IMG/VR virus record: IMGVR_UViG_3300020414_001797
Location: 1-29,009 of that record
Source of the DNA: a virus
Lineage: Duplodnaviria > Caudoviricetes
Reading direction: 5' to 3' (one strand)
DNA length: 29,009 bases
Positions 17,084 to 25,736 of the stretch are shown here, in pieces. How positions within the stretch are numbered: the first letter of the stretch is position 1; every line of letters begins with the position of its first letter. Made by a program: the position numbers and the translations under genes. A model generated the notes under the pieces. It had not been told where the DNA came from and ran no database searches. It saw nothing but the letters and a program-made list of their open reading frames with translations.

Positions 17084-18616
17084 TTAGTTCCACTCAACTT
17101 GGAGTTTGCCACGCTTCATTAAGCCCTGAACAACGATATTCAGGGAGTCAGCGCAGTCATCATGGGGTGAGTGGCCGAAGTTCACGATTTCGTCCACCAT
17201 GCAGCTGAAATCACGGTATTTGTTGAACACAATTTTCTTATGCTCGAACAACCCCATAATTCCTCTCAGTCTGGCAAGTTTGTCGCCACGGAATCCCTTC
17301 ACAGGGCTAATGGAGAGGTTGTAGAGCTGCCACTCATTAAAAAGAATCCGCTTGAGGTCGCCCTCGAACGATTTCTGATAGGCGACGACCTCTGGCCAGA
17401 TAATGACGGGTGACTCGGTCGAAAAGTACTGCCCCTGGTCGTTGACCTCCAGCAGGTTCCATTCGACCAGCAGCTCGCACAGTGCCTCGATTTTGTCGAT
17501 GTTTCCCATCGAACGCATGCGCCGGTAGTCGATGACATAGACCTTGTCGTCCACCCGGCCAGCCAAGGTGAAGACGGTCCAGTCATTCCGCTCGGTCATG
17601 CCAGCCGAGAGGTCAATGCCTACGCCAATAGTGTCGTAGACATCGGGCACCTCTCCTTTGACGAACAGCTCAGGTGAGATGCCCAGCTCAGTCGAGCGGA
17701 CCGGCTGATTCAGGTACTGGTAGCTGAATGCCACCCGGTCATCACTCTGGAGCTTGAGCAGGTACTTCGCTGCCCACATCTCAGGCCAGTAGCTCTTGGG
17801 CCGGCCATCGTCGTCGTAGCTAAGAGCCGACTGGGTGATGACCTTCCACCCTTTCTTCTCGGTGAAAATCGTGGCGAACAGATCATCGAAGTGGAACCGG
17901 GTGCCCAGGGCGATAGCTCGCGCACCCTGGAACATGGTGGGCACGATGACGTTTGTCCAGTTCGTCTCCATCTCACGCCGGATGTCCGGGTTCGAGATGC
18001 TCGCGGCACTCTTGATGGCGTCATCAACAACGATCAGCGACGACCGTTTCGAGGTGATAGTGCCTTTAAGACCCGCGCAGGCAACTGTGAAAGCATCTTC
18101 ACCCCTAACGTCCACTTCCGCAAAATCCCAGTCAATCGACCAGAGCTCGTCTGACGTGCGCGTCTTCGAGAGGCGTACGCACGGGAATATCTCCTGGTAT
18201 TCCTTCGAGCAGATGAGGTTCTTGATCGCCGCGCTCTTGTTCCGCGCCACGTCGACGTTGTACGACACATAGAGGATCCGAAGCAGCGTCTTTTGGAGGG
18301 CATGTCGTCCAATCAGCCAGCCAAGCAGCAGGCCTAATACGGTGGATTTAGCGGAGCCACGTGGGCTCAAAAGACAGGTATTGGGGCCTGCAACATCCAG
18401 CAGGTGCTCGTTGCTTTGCCCCGTCAGGAATACTTTGTGCCATTCCCGCATATGACGAGCGGGCTTCTTGCCCATCAACTCGCAGAAGTACGAGAAGTTG
18501 TCCCGCGCCTTAATAACGTGCGGTGGGAGCTCTACCTCGATCTGCTTCTTGACGATCGCCTTAGCTGCAGCCTTTGCTGACCGCATCTTGGCTTGGGAGA
18601 TTGAGCTTCCTGCCAT
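17084..18616 (-). CDS. terL: Terminase large subunit
   Basis: Walker A PRGSAKST, Walker B LIVVDD, coupling motif GTR, nuclease acids GIDLS..NDWT and HDDCAD. Confidence 0.95.
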   Translation of the reverse strand: MAGSSISQAKMRSAKAAAKAIVKKQIEVELPPHVIKARDNFSYFCELMGKKPARHMREWHKVFLTGQSNEHLLDVAGPNTCLLSPRGSAKSTVLGLLLGWLIGRHALQKTLLRILYVSYNVDVARNKSAAIKNLICSKEYQEIFPCVRLSKTRTSDELWSIDWDFAEVDVRGEDAFTVACAGLKGTITSKRSSLIVVDDAIKSAASISNPDIRREMETNWTNVIVPTMFQGARAIALGTRFHFDDLFATIFTEKKGWKVITQSALSYDDDGRPKSYWPEMWAAKYLLKLQSDDRVAFSYQYLNQPVRSTELGISPELFVKGEVPDVYDTIGVGIDLSAGMTERNDWTVFTLAGRVDDKVYVIDYRRMRSMGNIDKIEALCELLVEWNLLEVNDQGQYFSTESPVIIWPEVVAYQKSFEGDLKRILFNEWQLYNLSISPVKGFRGDKLARLRGIMGLFEHKKIVFNKYRDFSCMVDEIVNFGHSPHDDCADSLNIVVQGLMKRGKLQVEWN

Positions 18617-18699
18617 GACTTAAATGTAGTCAGCTTTCACTATTTATTGGGCGCCCCCTGCGCGTGATCAGAAAATTTTTGTCGGAAATTTTTCTCCGA
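18617..18699. promoter_or_regulatory. terS-terL spacer with conserved 15-mer and A-tracts
   Basis: GCTTTCACTATTTAT (18633-18647) is identical to 27872-27886. AAAATTTTT/AAATTTTT tracts; TACATT -10-like on the minus strand. Confidence 0.5.
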
Positions 18700-19209
18700 T
18701 TACTTCTCTTCTGTCAGATCAGCCCAGATTGAATCGAACGCCAGCTCCAGAGCGGGCAGCACATCTTCTTGCGACTTGAACACCGTGCGCAGGTCACGCA
18801 TGACTTTGTCTGCGCCAGCCATGATCAAGCCGCGTCGATCAAGCCCCTTGGTCAGCTTGTCGACTTCGACCACATGACCACGCAGCTCCTTGCTCAAATG
18901 GGCAATGCGGGTTGCCGCTGCATCCGCCTTGATGAGATCGGCCTGAACCTGTTGGCGCAGAAAATCGATGTCGCCTTCCAGCTTCACGATCTCCGCCAGC
19001 ATGATCTCCCTGCGATTCAGCTTGGGATAGGTCTTGTTGATCCATTTCTCCAGCGCAGGGAAACTTCCGTCGTACCCGAGTACACAGGCGTAAAGCCAGA
19101 TTTCGTAGACGCTGTAGGTGTTCTCCGCATACGCGAGGAACCCCTCTCGATGAGAGTTGTCGAGCGCAGCCAAGAAAGCCTGGATTTGCTCGTCAATCTG
19201 CTTTGCCAT
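18700..19209 (-). CDS. Putative terminase small subunit
   Basis: 169 aa, helical, directly upstream of terL. Assignment is by position and size only. Confidence 0.5.
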   Translation of the reverse strand: MAKQIDEQIQAFLAALDNSHREGFLAYAENTYSVYEIWLYACVLGYDGSFPALEKWINKTYPKLNRREIMLAEIVKLEGDIDFLRQQVQADLIKADAAATRIAHLSKELRGHVVEVDKLTKGLDRRGLIMAGADKVMRDLRTVFKSQEDVLPALELAFDSIWADLTEEK

Positions 19210-19829
19210 TAACCGTAGAAACGGGCACCGGTTGAGCGAATTGCACCCCGTGCATCAGCCCGCATATTGCGCTCTTCCTGATATCGCTTGCCGATATTGA
19301 GCCGCTCTTGCGCACCAGCAGCGGCAACGGTCAGACGATCTTCCTTACCCTTCGTCCGCATACCGGCTCGCTGTTCGGTGCCAGTGGCAGCAATGTTTAG
19401 GCGATCCTGGGCACCTTGAGCGCCAATGTTCAGACGATCCTGAGTGCCTTGAGCACCAATGTTGAGGCGCTGCTGAGCACCGGTCTCTCGGATGCCCATT
19501 CGCTGTTGTTCGCCCTGGGCGCCAATCAGGTCTTTAGCAATGCGGCCCTCAGCTCCCATCAACTTCAAAGAGTTGGCTGTACGGAGGTTCTCGTTTGCCT
19601 GCTGCAATCCCTGCAGGTGGCTTGACATCGCCATGTTGTACCCAAGCGCCATACCGGTGTTGGCCTGGGTTCGGTAGATGTCCAGGTAACTACCGGCGGC
19701 GATATTGCCGATCGTTTCGTTGTCCTTGTATTTGTTGGCAAAGTCGGTGATGCCCTGAACCCCTTGGTCGACCCAGATGCCAGCTGTGGTCTGCGGGTTG
19801 TAGGTGCTACCCCATGCGTGAGATGTCAT
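19209..19829 (-). CDS. Hendecad-repeat protein, putative DNA pilot/ejection protein
   Basis: About 8 tandem 11-aa repeats of type IGAQGxQDRLN. Confidence 0.7.
   Translation of the reverse strand: MTSHAWGSTYNPQTTAGIWVDQGVQGITDFANKYKDNETIGNIAAGSYLDIYRTQANTGMALGYNMAMSSHLQGLQQANENLRTANSLKLMGAEGRIAKDLIGAQGEQQRMGIRETGAQQRLNIGAQGTQDRLNIGAQGAQDRLNIAATGTEQRAGMRTKGKEDRLTVAAAGAQERLNIGKRYQEERNMRADARGAIRSTGARFYG
19292..19559 (-). repeat. 33-nt coding tandem repeat (11-aa period)
   Basis: IGAQGEQQRMG IRETGAQQRLN IGAQGTQDRLN IGAQGAQDRLN IAATGTEQRAG MRTKGKEDRLT VAAAGAQERLN. Confidence 0.85.
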
Positions 19830-19832
19830 CGA

Positions 19833-20333
19833 TCAATTCCCAAACATGAGCATTGCGCCGAGGCCCAGATCCCTCAAAAGGCCCAGACGGGTTGTCAGGT
19901 CAGCGCGACTGTTCTGCTTGTCTTGGTGACCTGTAATGTCGCCAAGCATTGCGCGTTGCTGGGCATCGCGTCGTTCAGTGCGATCCTCTGCACGTGTTAG
20001 CAGAGGGTCGAGCGCCTCAAGTGCTGCTTTAGTACGCCCCTCTCGAAGTGCGAGATCATTTTTAATGCGGAGCTCGTCTATCTGCTGCCGAATAGGAATA
20101 TCTTTTTCCGTCGATTGCCGGATTGCGTCGGTCGCTCCTGTGTATCCTCGGAGCGCATTGTCCTGACTTTCTACGACATTTGTGCCGATCGCGTTGACCT
20201 CAGTCAGGCTCTTCATCAGCGATTCAGCAACCTGCCTTTTCGCGTCACCGCTCGAACCATTGAGCGCATCCAGCATTTTCTGGATGTCCGCTACAGGGAC
20301 TTTAGATAGGTCGTATTTAAGTTGTTCTGACAT
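19833..20333 (-). CDS. Helical hypothetical protein with hydrophobic C-terminus
   Basis: 166 aa, GGAGG SD, ends LGLLRDLGLGAMLMFGN. Confidence 0.75.
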   Translation of the reverse strand: MSEQLKYDLSKVPVADIQKMLDALNGSSGDAKRQVAESLMKSLTEVNAIGTNVVESQDNALRGYTGATDAIRQSTEKDIPIRQQIDELRIKNDLALREGRTKAALEALDPLLTRAEDRTERRDAQQRAMLGDITGHQDKQNSRADLTTRLGLLRDLGLGAMLMFGN

Positions 20334-20366
20334 GGTTCCTCCGTTGAATTAAGTCTACCAACCGCT

Positions 20367-20960
20367 TTATTGGCTTCTCTTCCTCAGCTCAGCTTCCAAT
20401 TTTTTCTGAAGCTGATCAGCAACAGAGCCCGTGCTTTTGAACTGCAAGGTCTCTACAGGAGCTTTCTGCGCCGACTGCTGACTTGACCGCTTGCCTTTAC
20501 TGCCAAACATCCCGTCGAATACACCTCCAACCATCTCCTGGGTTATTCCATCTTCGAGGCCCTGGGTGTTGTCTACATATGCATATGAGCTATCAACCTT
20601 CTGATTAAATGCGTTCAACAGGTCCAAGGGGCCAGTCAGCCCTTGTGACCCGCCAGAACGAGAGTTGCTACCACCACCCATCAAGTTTCCAAGGGCATTC
20701 ATCTTGTTTGCCTTCAAGATCTTGTCGTCTGCCCCTTCCTTGTATTCGATATTGGCGTCATTGATTAGCTTCTGCGTCAGGTTGTTCAAAGCCTGCTTAG
20801 CCATGCCAACTTTTGCGGCAAACTGCAGCTCCTGCTGACGAGCAAGGGTATCGCTGGCGTCTGTCGAGAGAACATCCTCGAAACCAGAAACAGGCTGCAC
20901 CCTGCGATAACTCGCCAGGTAGTTTGCGGCCGTGTTTAGAGAGGGAAGCGAATAGGCCAT
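20367..20960 (-). CDS. Hypothetical (putative internal virion) protein
   Basis: 197 aa, TGATG-coupled. Confidence 0.72.
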   Translation of the reverse strand: MAYSLPSLNTAANYLASYRRVQPVSGFEDVLSTDASDTLARQQELQFAAKVGMAKQALNNLTQKLINDANIEYKEGADDKILKANKMNALGNLMGGGSNSRSGGSQGLTGPLDLLNAFNQKVDSSYAYVDNTQGLEDGITQEMVGGVFDGMFGSKGKRSSQQSAQKAPVETLQFKSTGSVADQLQKKLEAELRKRSQ

Positions 20961-21787
20961 CAGTCGAGAAGGAGGTCAGCGAGCTGGGCGTTTTGGTTGG
21001 CGAAATTCTGCTGCTGGTTCAGCGCCGCCTGGTTCAGCATGTTGCCGTAGTTGTACTGCTGAGCCAGACGCATCTGTGCGGCATTTTCAGCCTGAGTCAG
21101 CTGGCTTTCCTGTGCACGCAACCCAAGGAGTGCATTGCCTTGCGTGGTGATCGCTTCAGCATTGATGGCGTTTTGGAGCTTTGCTCGCAGCTGTTGCTCA
21201 AGAATGTCCCGCTGGAAATTCTCAGTGGCCTTTTTCTTGCCTGTGATCATCTCGAAAATGCCTTCAGCAGCATCGGCGCCCATGTCACTGATCCGACCAG
21301 TCGTGCCTGTCAGTCCTGCAATCAGGGGCAGGCCAACAGTGCCAATGCCGGGAATAACAGAGCCGATCTTGGCCAGCAACAGCGTGGTGGCCAGGTCAGT
21401 GCCACCCTTGCCAATAGCTTGAGCAACATTCCGATCTGTATCTTCACCGTCGCCAAATTCACCGGCCGCGCCTAATCCAGCGCTGAGAAGTGCAAGTCCT
21501 CGAAGCGCCCCTTTGTTTTTCCCCAGCATCTCCGTAACCCTGGAGACCGTGTTCGGCTGGGCAGCAAAGCGCGTGCCTGCAGATGAACCAGTCCTATAAA
21601 TCTTGTCTAGGTCAACTTTGGGAGCACCTTGACCTTTAACTGCATCCTTTAACCGACGAGCACCTTCCTCGATCCCCAGACTTTCGCCCAGTCCACGCAC
21701 ATATTCAGCCGTACTAGCCCTGGCAGGCTGCCTACCAATCGGGCGTCCGTATTGATCAACGAGCTGAGATGCCAAGGCCCTATACAA
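20960..21787 (-). CDS. Putative ejection protein with G/A-rich hydrophobic hairpin
   Basis: LLLAKIGSVIPGIGTVGLPLIAGLTG membrane-type segment followed by a Q/N-rich helical tail. Confidence 0.65.
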   Translation of the reverse strand: MYRALASQLVDQYGRPIGRQPARASTAEYVRGLGESLGIEEGARRLKDAVKGQGAPKVDLDKIYRTGSSAGTRFAAQPNTVSRVTEMLGKNKGALRGLALLSAGLGAAGEFGDGEDTDRNVAQAIGKGGTDLATTLLLAKIGSVIPGIGTVGLPLIAGLTGTTGRISDMGADAAEGIFEMITGKKKATENFQRDILEQQLRAKLQNAINAEAITTQGNALLGLRAQESQLTQAENAAQMRLAQQYNYGNMLNQAALNQQQNFANQNAQLADLLLD

Positions 21788-21815
21788 CTACTTTTCTCGA
21801 TTCTAAAAGTATTCT

Positions 21816-22025
21816 CTACACTTCATTCAATGCCTGATGGATGTAACTAGCGAGCTTGGTTCCGTTAATTTTCAGCACCCCATCCTCCTCGAAGACAGCA
21901 TCAGGAAACACTGTCGCAACTTGTTGAGCAGAAAATCCTCCACGCAACCTCTGCTCAGGATCTAAGGCTTGGTCGTATCTGAACTGGATGGGCACAAGCT
22001 GTGCCACCCGATCACGCATGCTCAC
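21816..22025 (-). CDS. Stand-alone C-terminal part of a peptidase S74 intramolecular chaperone domain
   Basis: VAQLVPIQFRY...GFSAQQVATVFPDAV matches the LxPVxYxY...GFIAQEV..PxAV pattern. Confidence 0.75.
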   Translation of the reverse strand: MSMRDRVAQLVPIQFRYDQALDPEQRLRGGFSAQQVATVFPDAVFEEDGVLKINGTKLASYIHQALNEV

Positions 22026-22560
22026 GAATCGCCTTCACTGCAAATGCCATTTGTGACAGCGCATCATCTACCTCGCTTACCTGCAGCGGGGCAATATCTG
22101 TCTTGATGCGTTCGTCGCAGAAGAAGCTGGCGATCGTGCCGACAGTGCCGGCGATGCTGCCAATCGTTCCCAGCGCTTGACTCCATCCGCTGCCCTTTGA
22201 CTTCTTATTCGCTTTCTTTTGAGCCTCAAGCATGATGTCATTCGCCATCTGCGTTCCCTTTTGCCCCAGGGTGTTCACGCCAGCGGCTATCTCATGCTTG
22301 AACTGATCAAGCATTCCACCAACCAAGGCATTACTGCCTTCGCCATCAAAGATACTGCCCGCCATGCGCCTGGCAGCAGGGCTATCTCCGAACCCCCCAT
22401 ACAAGTCATCGCCGAAAGCCCTTTGGTTCTTCCGCGCTGATCCGAACATTTCGCCCGTAATGCTGTACGGGGCGATGGTGTCTTTACTGCTTTTAAGCCT
22501 TTCTGAGTCTTCCCAGAATTCGCCTACGTCGAGGCCGCCACCAAGAACTGTGTTTGCCAT
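22012..22560 (-). CDS. Putative ejection protein ending in the N-terminal part of an S74 domain
   Basis: KKSKGSGWSQALGTIGSIAGTVGTIASFF followed by CDERIKTDI (SDxRLKxNI motif). Confidence 0.72.
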   Translation of the reverse strand: MANTVLGGGLDVGEFWEDSERLKSSKDTIAPYSITGEMFGSARKNQRAFGDDLYGGFGDSPAARRMAGSIFDGEGSNALVGGMLDQFKHEIAAGVNTLGQKGTQMANDIMLEAQKKANKKSKGSGWSQALGTIGSIAGTVGTIASFFCDERIKTDIAPLQVSEVDDALSQMAFAVKAIREHA

Positions 22561-22563
22561 GTC

Positions 22564-22959
22564 TTACCAGCTGAAAGGAGTGTTCCACATATCTGCGTTA
22601 CTTTTCCAATCGAACTTAAAGTCACCTGGACCAATCCCAGCGTCGTAATTGATGTTTGGATTGGTAAGTATATCGGCTGCACTAGATCCCCCTCCTCCAC
22701 CGCCGAAGAGCCCTGATCCGGAAAACCCACTAATACCGCTTGCGATACCTGAAACACCTCTCATGACGTTATTCCAAGTTCCGTCCTGAGTGTTATCAAC
22801 CAACTGCTGACCGCCCTTTTTGGCCATCCGAATCTGCTCCTTGGCACGACCTAGTGCTTGCTGATATGCGCTATGCGCCGCAGCCTCAAGCCCTGGGAGC
22901 TCGCCAAGGCTTTTTGCATAATTCGGTTTTATCGCTCCAAAATCATTTGGGCCAAACAT
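22564..22959 (-). CDS. Gly-rich hypothetical (putative ejection) protein
   Basis: 131 aa, amphipathic GVSGIASGISGFSG segment; GAGGAG SD. Confidence 0.7.
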   Translation of the reverse strand: MFGPNDFGAIKPNYAKSLGELPGLEAAAHSAYQQALGRAKEQIRMAKKGGQQLVDNTQDGTWNNVMRGVSGIASGISGFSGSGLFGGGGGGSSAADILTNPNINYDAGIGPGDFKFDWKSNADMWNTPFSW

Positions 22960-22962
22960 TGG

Positions 22963-24258
22963 TTACTCCTCTAACTCCTGTTGGGGCCTATTTGCGCGTC
23001 GGATTGATTCTAGAAGAGCCCCAGACAGCGCTGCTCCACTGGTTGCAATGGAGGCATCTTTAATTGCCTGCAAGAACAACGCTTTGTCATTTTCTTTGCG
23101 ACGATTGCGGGCAACAGCGTTAACTCGTTCTGGATTCAAGGGGCCTTCGTAGTTCCTTTGATTTACCTCGGCAGCCAGATCGTTAATTCGCTTCTCCTTC
23201 TCCAAGGCTCCTGAGAGCTTCTGCTTCTCTAGGCCACGCCGGATACCACGACGCACGCCCAGCACGCCAGCAGCACCCGGAAGGATTGCTGTCATCAAGG
23301 GAAGGCTCTTGCCCATAAAGGTCACCTCAGGCCCCTGCACGCCATCCATCGTTGCTTTGACAACTCCTTTGTTGCCGAAGAGATACTGCTTGTATTGGTT
23401 GTATTCCTCACGGGAGACGTCAGGCCGCTCCTTGACGAATTCGTCGTAGGGAAGCAGCTGACCAGAGCGACCCAGGAAGTACCGGTCAATGCCCTCGGCA
23501 AGGAGGTTCGCGCTCTTGGTGGGATCCTCTTCGTCGGGGACTACAGCCTTGTAACCAGGCTGCCGGTAAGCATTGCCCAGACCCATCGATACTGCGATCA
23601 CAGCAGGGGCCGATGCTGCCATCCGCAGCGCCCTGCTCTGAAACACCGGACTGTCAGCACGTCTGACCGAGGTGTCCATATTGCGCTGCTTGGCAGTATT
23701 GATGCCTTGCAGTACTGCGATCTGGGTGATGGCTTGTGGAGCATTGAGGAACCACCAGATGTTCCGCATGCCATCGGTCATGACATCACCAATAGCGCTG
23801 CCGGCGGCCTGAGCTACTTTCTCTCTCTTGCTATTGAGCTGTCTCCGCTGTGATGTCGGCCCTTCCGTCGTCTCGCCTACATAAGTGGTTTGCTCGGCAA
23901 CTTCTGGATACTTATCACGCAGATACTCGCGTCCAGCCCTTTCTTCCTCAGTGATTCCACCCAGGCGGATTTGGTTGATCTTGTCTTGAAGCGCGTCCGG
24001 CAAAACCGAAGTTGCACGACGGCCGACCCGTGTATCTCCAACATTCTCGGGAAGGACTTGGCGCAGGGTGTCAATTGCCGATGATGCAGTCGCCATCTGC
24101 GATACAGGCGCCTGCTCGATCTCGACACCCGCATCCCGCTGACGAGCCCGGTTCATCACACCTGGCTCAGCCAGGATCGCCTGCTCGATTACTGGTCCAA
24201 GACGTTCGGCTTCTGTCTGAATGTTCTGCAGCAGCCTTTTCAGTCGGTTTCTATCCAT
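22963..24258 (-). CDS. Putative internal virion protein with hydrophobic helices
   Basis: 431 aa, TGATG-coupled. Segments IWWFLNAPQA, APAVIAVSMGLG and LPLMTAILPGAAGVLGV. Confidence 0.75.
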   Translation of the reverse strand: MDRNRLKRLLQNIQTEAERLGPVIEQAILAEPGVMNRARQRDAGVEIEQAPVSQMATASSAIDTLRQVLPENVGDTRVGRRATSVLPDALQDKINQIRLGGITEEERAGREYLRDKYPEVAEQTTYVGETTEGPTSQRRQLNSKREKVAQAAGSAIGDVMTDGMRNIWWFLNAPQAITQIAVLQGINTAKQRNMDTSVRRADSPVFQSRALRMAASAPAVIAVSMGLGNAYRQPGYKAVVPDEEDPTKSANLLAEGIDRYFLGRSGQLLPYDEFVKERPDVSREEYNQYKQYLFGNKGVVKATMDGVQGPEVTFMGKSLPLMTAILPGAAGVLGVRRGIRRGLEKQKLSGALEKEKRINDLAAEVNQRNYEGPLNPERVNAVARNRRKENDKALFLQAIKDASIATSGAALSGALLESIRRANRPQQELEE

Positions 24259-24788
24259 CAGGTCAGCAGCCTCACCCCATCAGCAGTGACCAGACCTGAT
24301 TCGATCAGCGTCTTGATCAGCTCTTGTTGGCGCATCTCCTCTTGAGCCTGCGCCACTTCTTGCTGCTCAGTGCCGAGCTTTTCGTAGACCCTGTTGAGCT
24401 GCGGCCGAGGCGCTGCCATCACGCCGACGTTGCCTAGAACGTCGCCCGCAACAGTTACAGCGGGAGCTATTTCGCGGAGATTGGCCGGAAGCCTTGAAGC
24501 GATAAGAGAGCCGCCCAGGCGACCTCCACCTGATGCCAACATCCCAAGCCCCAGATCTTCAACACCGACCAATATCCGGTCAGCTACTGAAGTCCCGTCA
24601 GGCATTGCCGCCATCTGCATTGCCGCATACAACGGCTCAGGCGCATAGCTGATGACGCCTTCGACGACGTCTTGAACTTTGTTGCCGCTTTGCGGGACCA
24701 GGGCGGCCTTAACGAACTGACCAGCTTTGCGACGGGCCTGCTTTCCTGCTGCGTTTCGGGCTAGAAGCCCTGCGATTGGACCAAGCAT
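24258..24788 (-). CDS. Hypothetical G/A/L-rich protein
   Basis: 176 aa, TGATG-coupled at both ends. Confidence 0.72.
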   Translation of the reverse strand: MLGPIAGLLARNAAGKQARRKAGQFVKAALVPQSGNKVQDVVEGVISYAPEPLYAAMQMAAMPDGTSVADRILVGVEDLGLGMLASGGGRLGGSLIASRLPANLREIAPAVTVAGDVLGNVGVMAAPRPQLNRVYEKLGTEQQEVAQAQEEMRQQELIKTLIESGLVTADGVRLLT

Positions 24789-25165
24789 CAGGCTGTCTCC
24801 TCGGGTGGTGCATCCATCGGCGGGCCAAAGCCGAAGATGCCGTTATTTAGCTGGGCCATCCATTCACCCATGCCTTCCCTGAGTGGCCCTTCTTCGCCAA
24901 TCTTTTCCGCGAACTCACCGGCCAATAAGCCTTTATCAATCAACTTGTCTCCTGCCATTCTCGTGGTCTGAGGAGAAAATTTCACATCTGGATTCACCTG
25001 CGGTGATCCTTCCGAATAACCGAACCGACCACTGGCAGGCGTTTCACCTGCCTGACGCACGCGCTCGACGCCATTGTTCAGGCGACGAGAGACTGCATCA
25101 ACCCCGCCCTTCTCAATTTTGTACCCCGGCGTTCCATCCCAGGTAAATGGAGAGCTGACGGACAC
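24788..25165 (-). CDS. Hypothetical protein
   Basis: 125 aa, GTG start, coupled to the downstream gene. Confidence 0.68.
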   Translation of the reverse strand: MSVSSPFTWDGTPGYKIEKGGVDAVSRRLNNGVERVRQAGETPASGRFGYSEGSPQVNPDVKFSPQTTRMAGDKLIDKGLLAGEFAEKIGEEGPLREGMGEWMAQLNNGIFGFGPPMDAPPEETA

Positions 25166-25191
25166 TATTGACAGTCGCTATTTCTTCAATC

Positions 25192-25596
25192 TTAGCTATT
25201 CAGGTTTTTCTGCTTATGGGCCTCATAACCAGCATTGCGATTCGCTCTTTCAAGTATTGCCAAGAGCTCGGCGGGGTCTTCACCAGGCTCCATATTCCCC
25301 ATTGGATCATGGATATCTCCTAAGAGAAAGATTACGCGATCTGACAATACGCCTGACTTAATCAGTTGATTAACTTCTCGCCCAGTAATCGCCTCTTCAA
25401 CCATCAGACGCTGAATACCGTTAATAATTGCCCGGTCTTCAAGATCGTCATCTTCCCAGCCGTACCTCTGCGCTGGGACGGTCGGCGGAGCTTCGGGCTG
25501 CATTGATTTAATGGCTGCCTGAGCTACCGCGCCACCCCCGACCCCAGCGAGGATCGGGACCACCCACTCACCTGCAAATCTTTCTAAACGCTTCAT
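25192..25596 (-). CDS. Hypothetical protein with N-terminal hydrophobic segment
   Basis: 134 aa, WVVPILAGVGGGAVAQAAI. Confidence 0.7.
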   Translation of the reverse strand: MKRLERFAGEWVVPILAGVGGGAVAQAAIKSMQPEAPPTVPAQRYGWEDDDLEDRAIINGIQRLMVEEAITGREVNQLIKSGVLSDRVIFLLGDIHDPMGNMEPGEDPAELLAILERANRNAGYEAHKQKNLNS

Positions 25597-25736
25597 TCCT
25601 CAGATTCCTTTTTCTTCTTGCTCTTGTTCTTGAAGTGCTCCAGGAGCTCTTCAGGCATCTTGCCGTCCTTCTTTTTACTCTTGCCAGACATGTGAGCCTT
25701 GGCTTTTTCCTTGGCTTTGGACTTGTCGTGGTTCAT
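25593..25736 (-). CDS. Small Lys-rich protein, 47 aa (missing from the ORF track)
   Basis: ATGA overlaps at both ends. MNHDKSKAKEKAKAHMSGKSKKKDGKMPEELLEHFKNKSKKKKESEE. Confidence 0.8.
   Translation of the reverse strand: MNHDKSKAKEKAKAHMSGKSKKKDGKMPEELLEHFKNKSKKKKESEE

Noticed and set aside
19292-19559. 33-nt periodic repeat as a CRISPR array
   Set aside because: It has no unique spacers and is an in-frame degenerate coding repeat.
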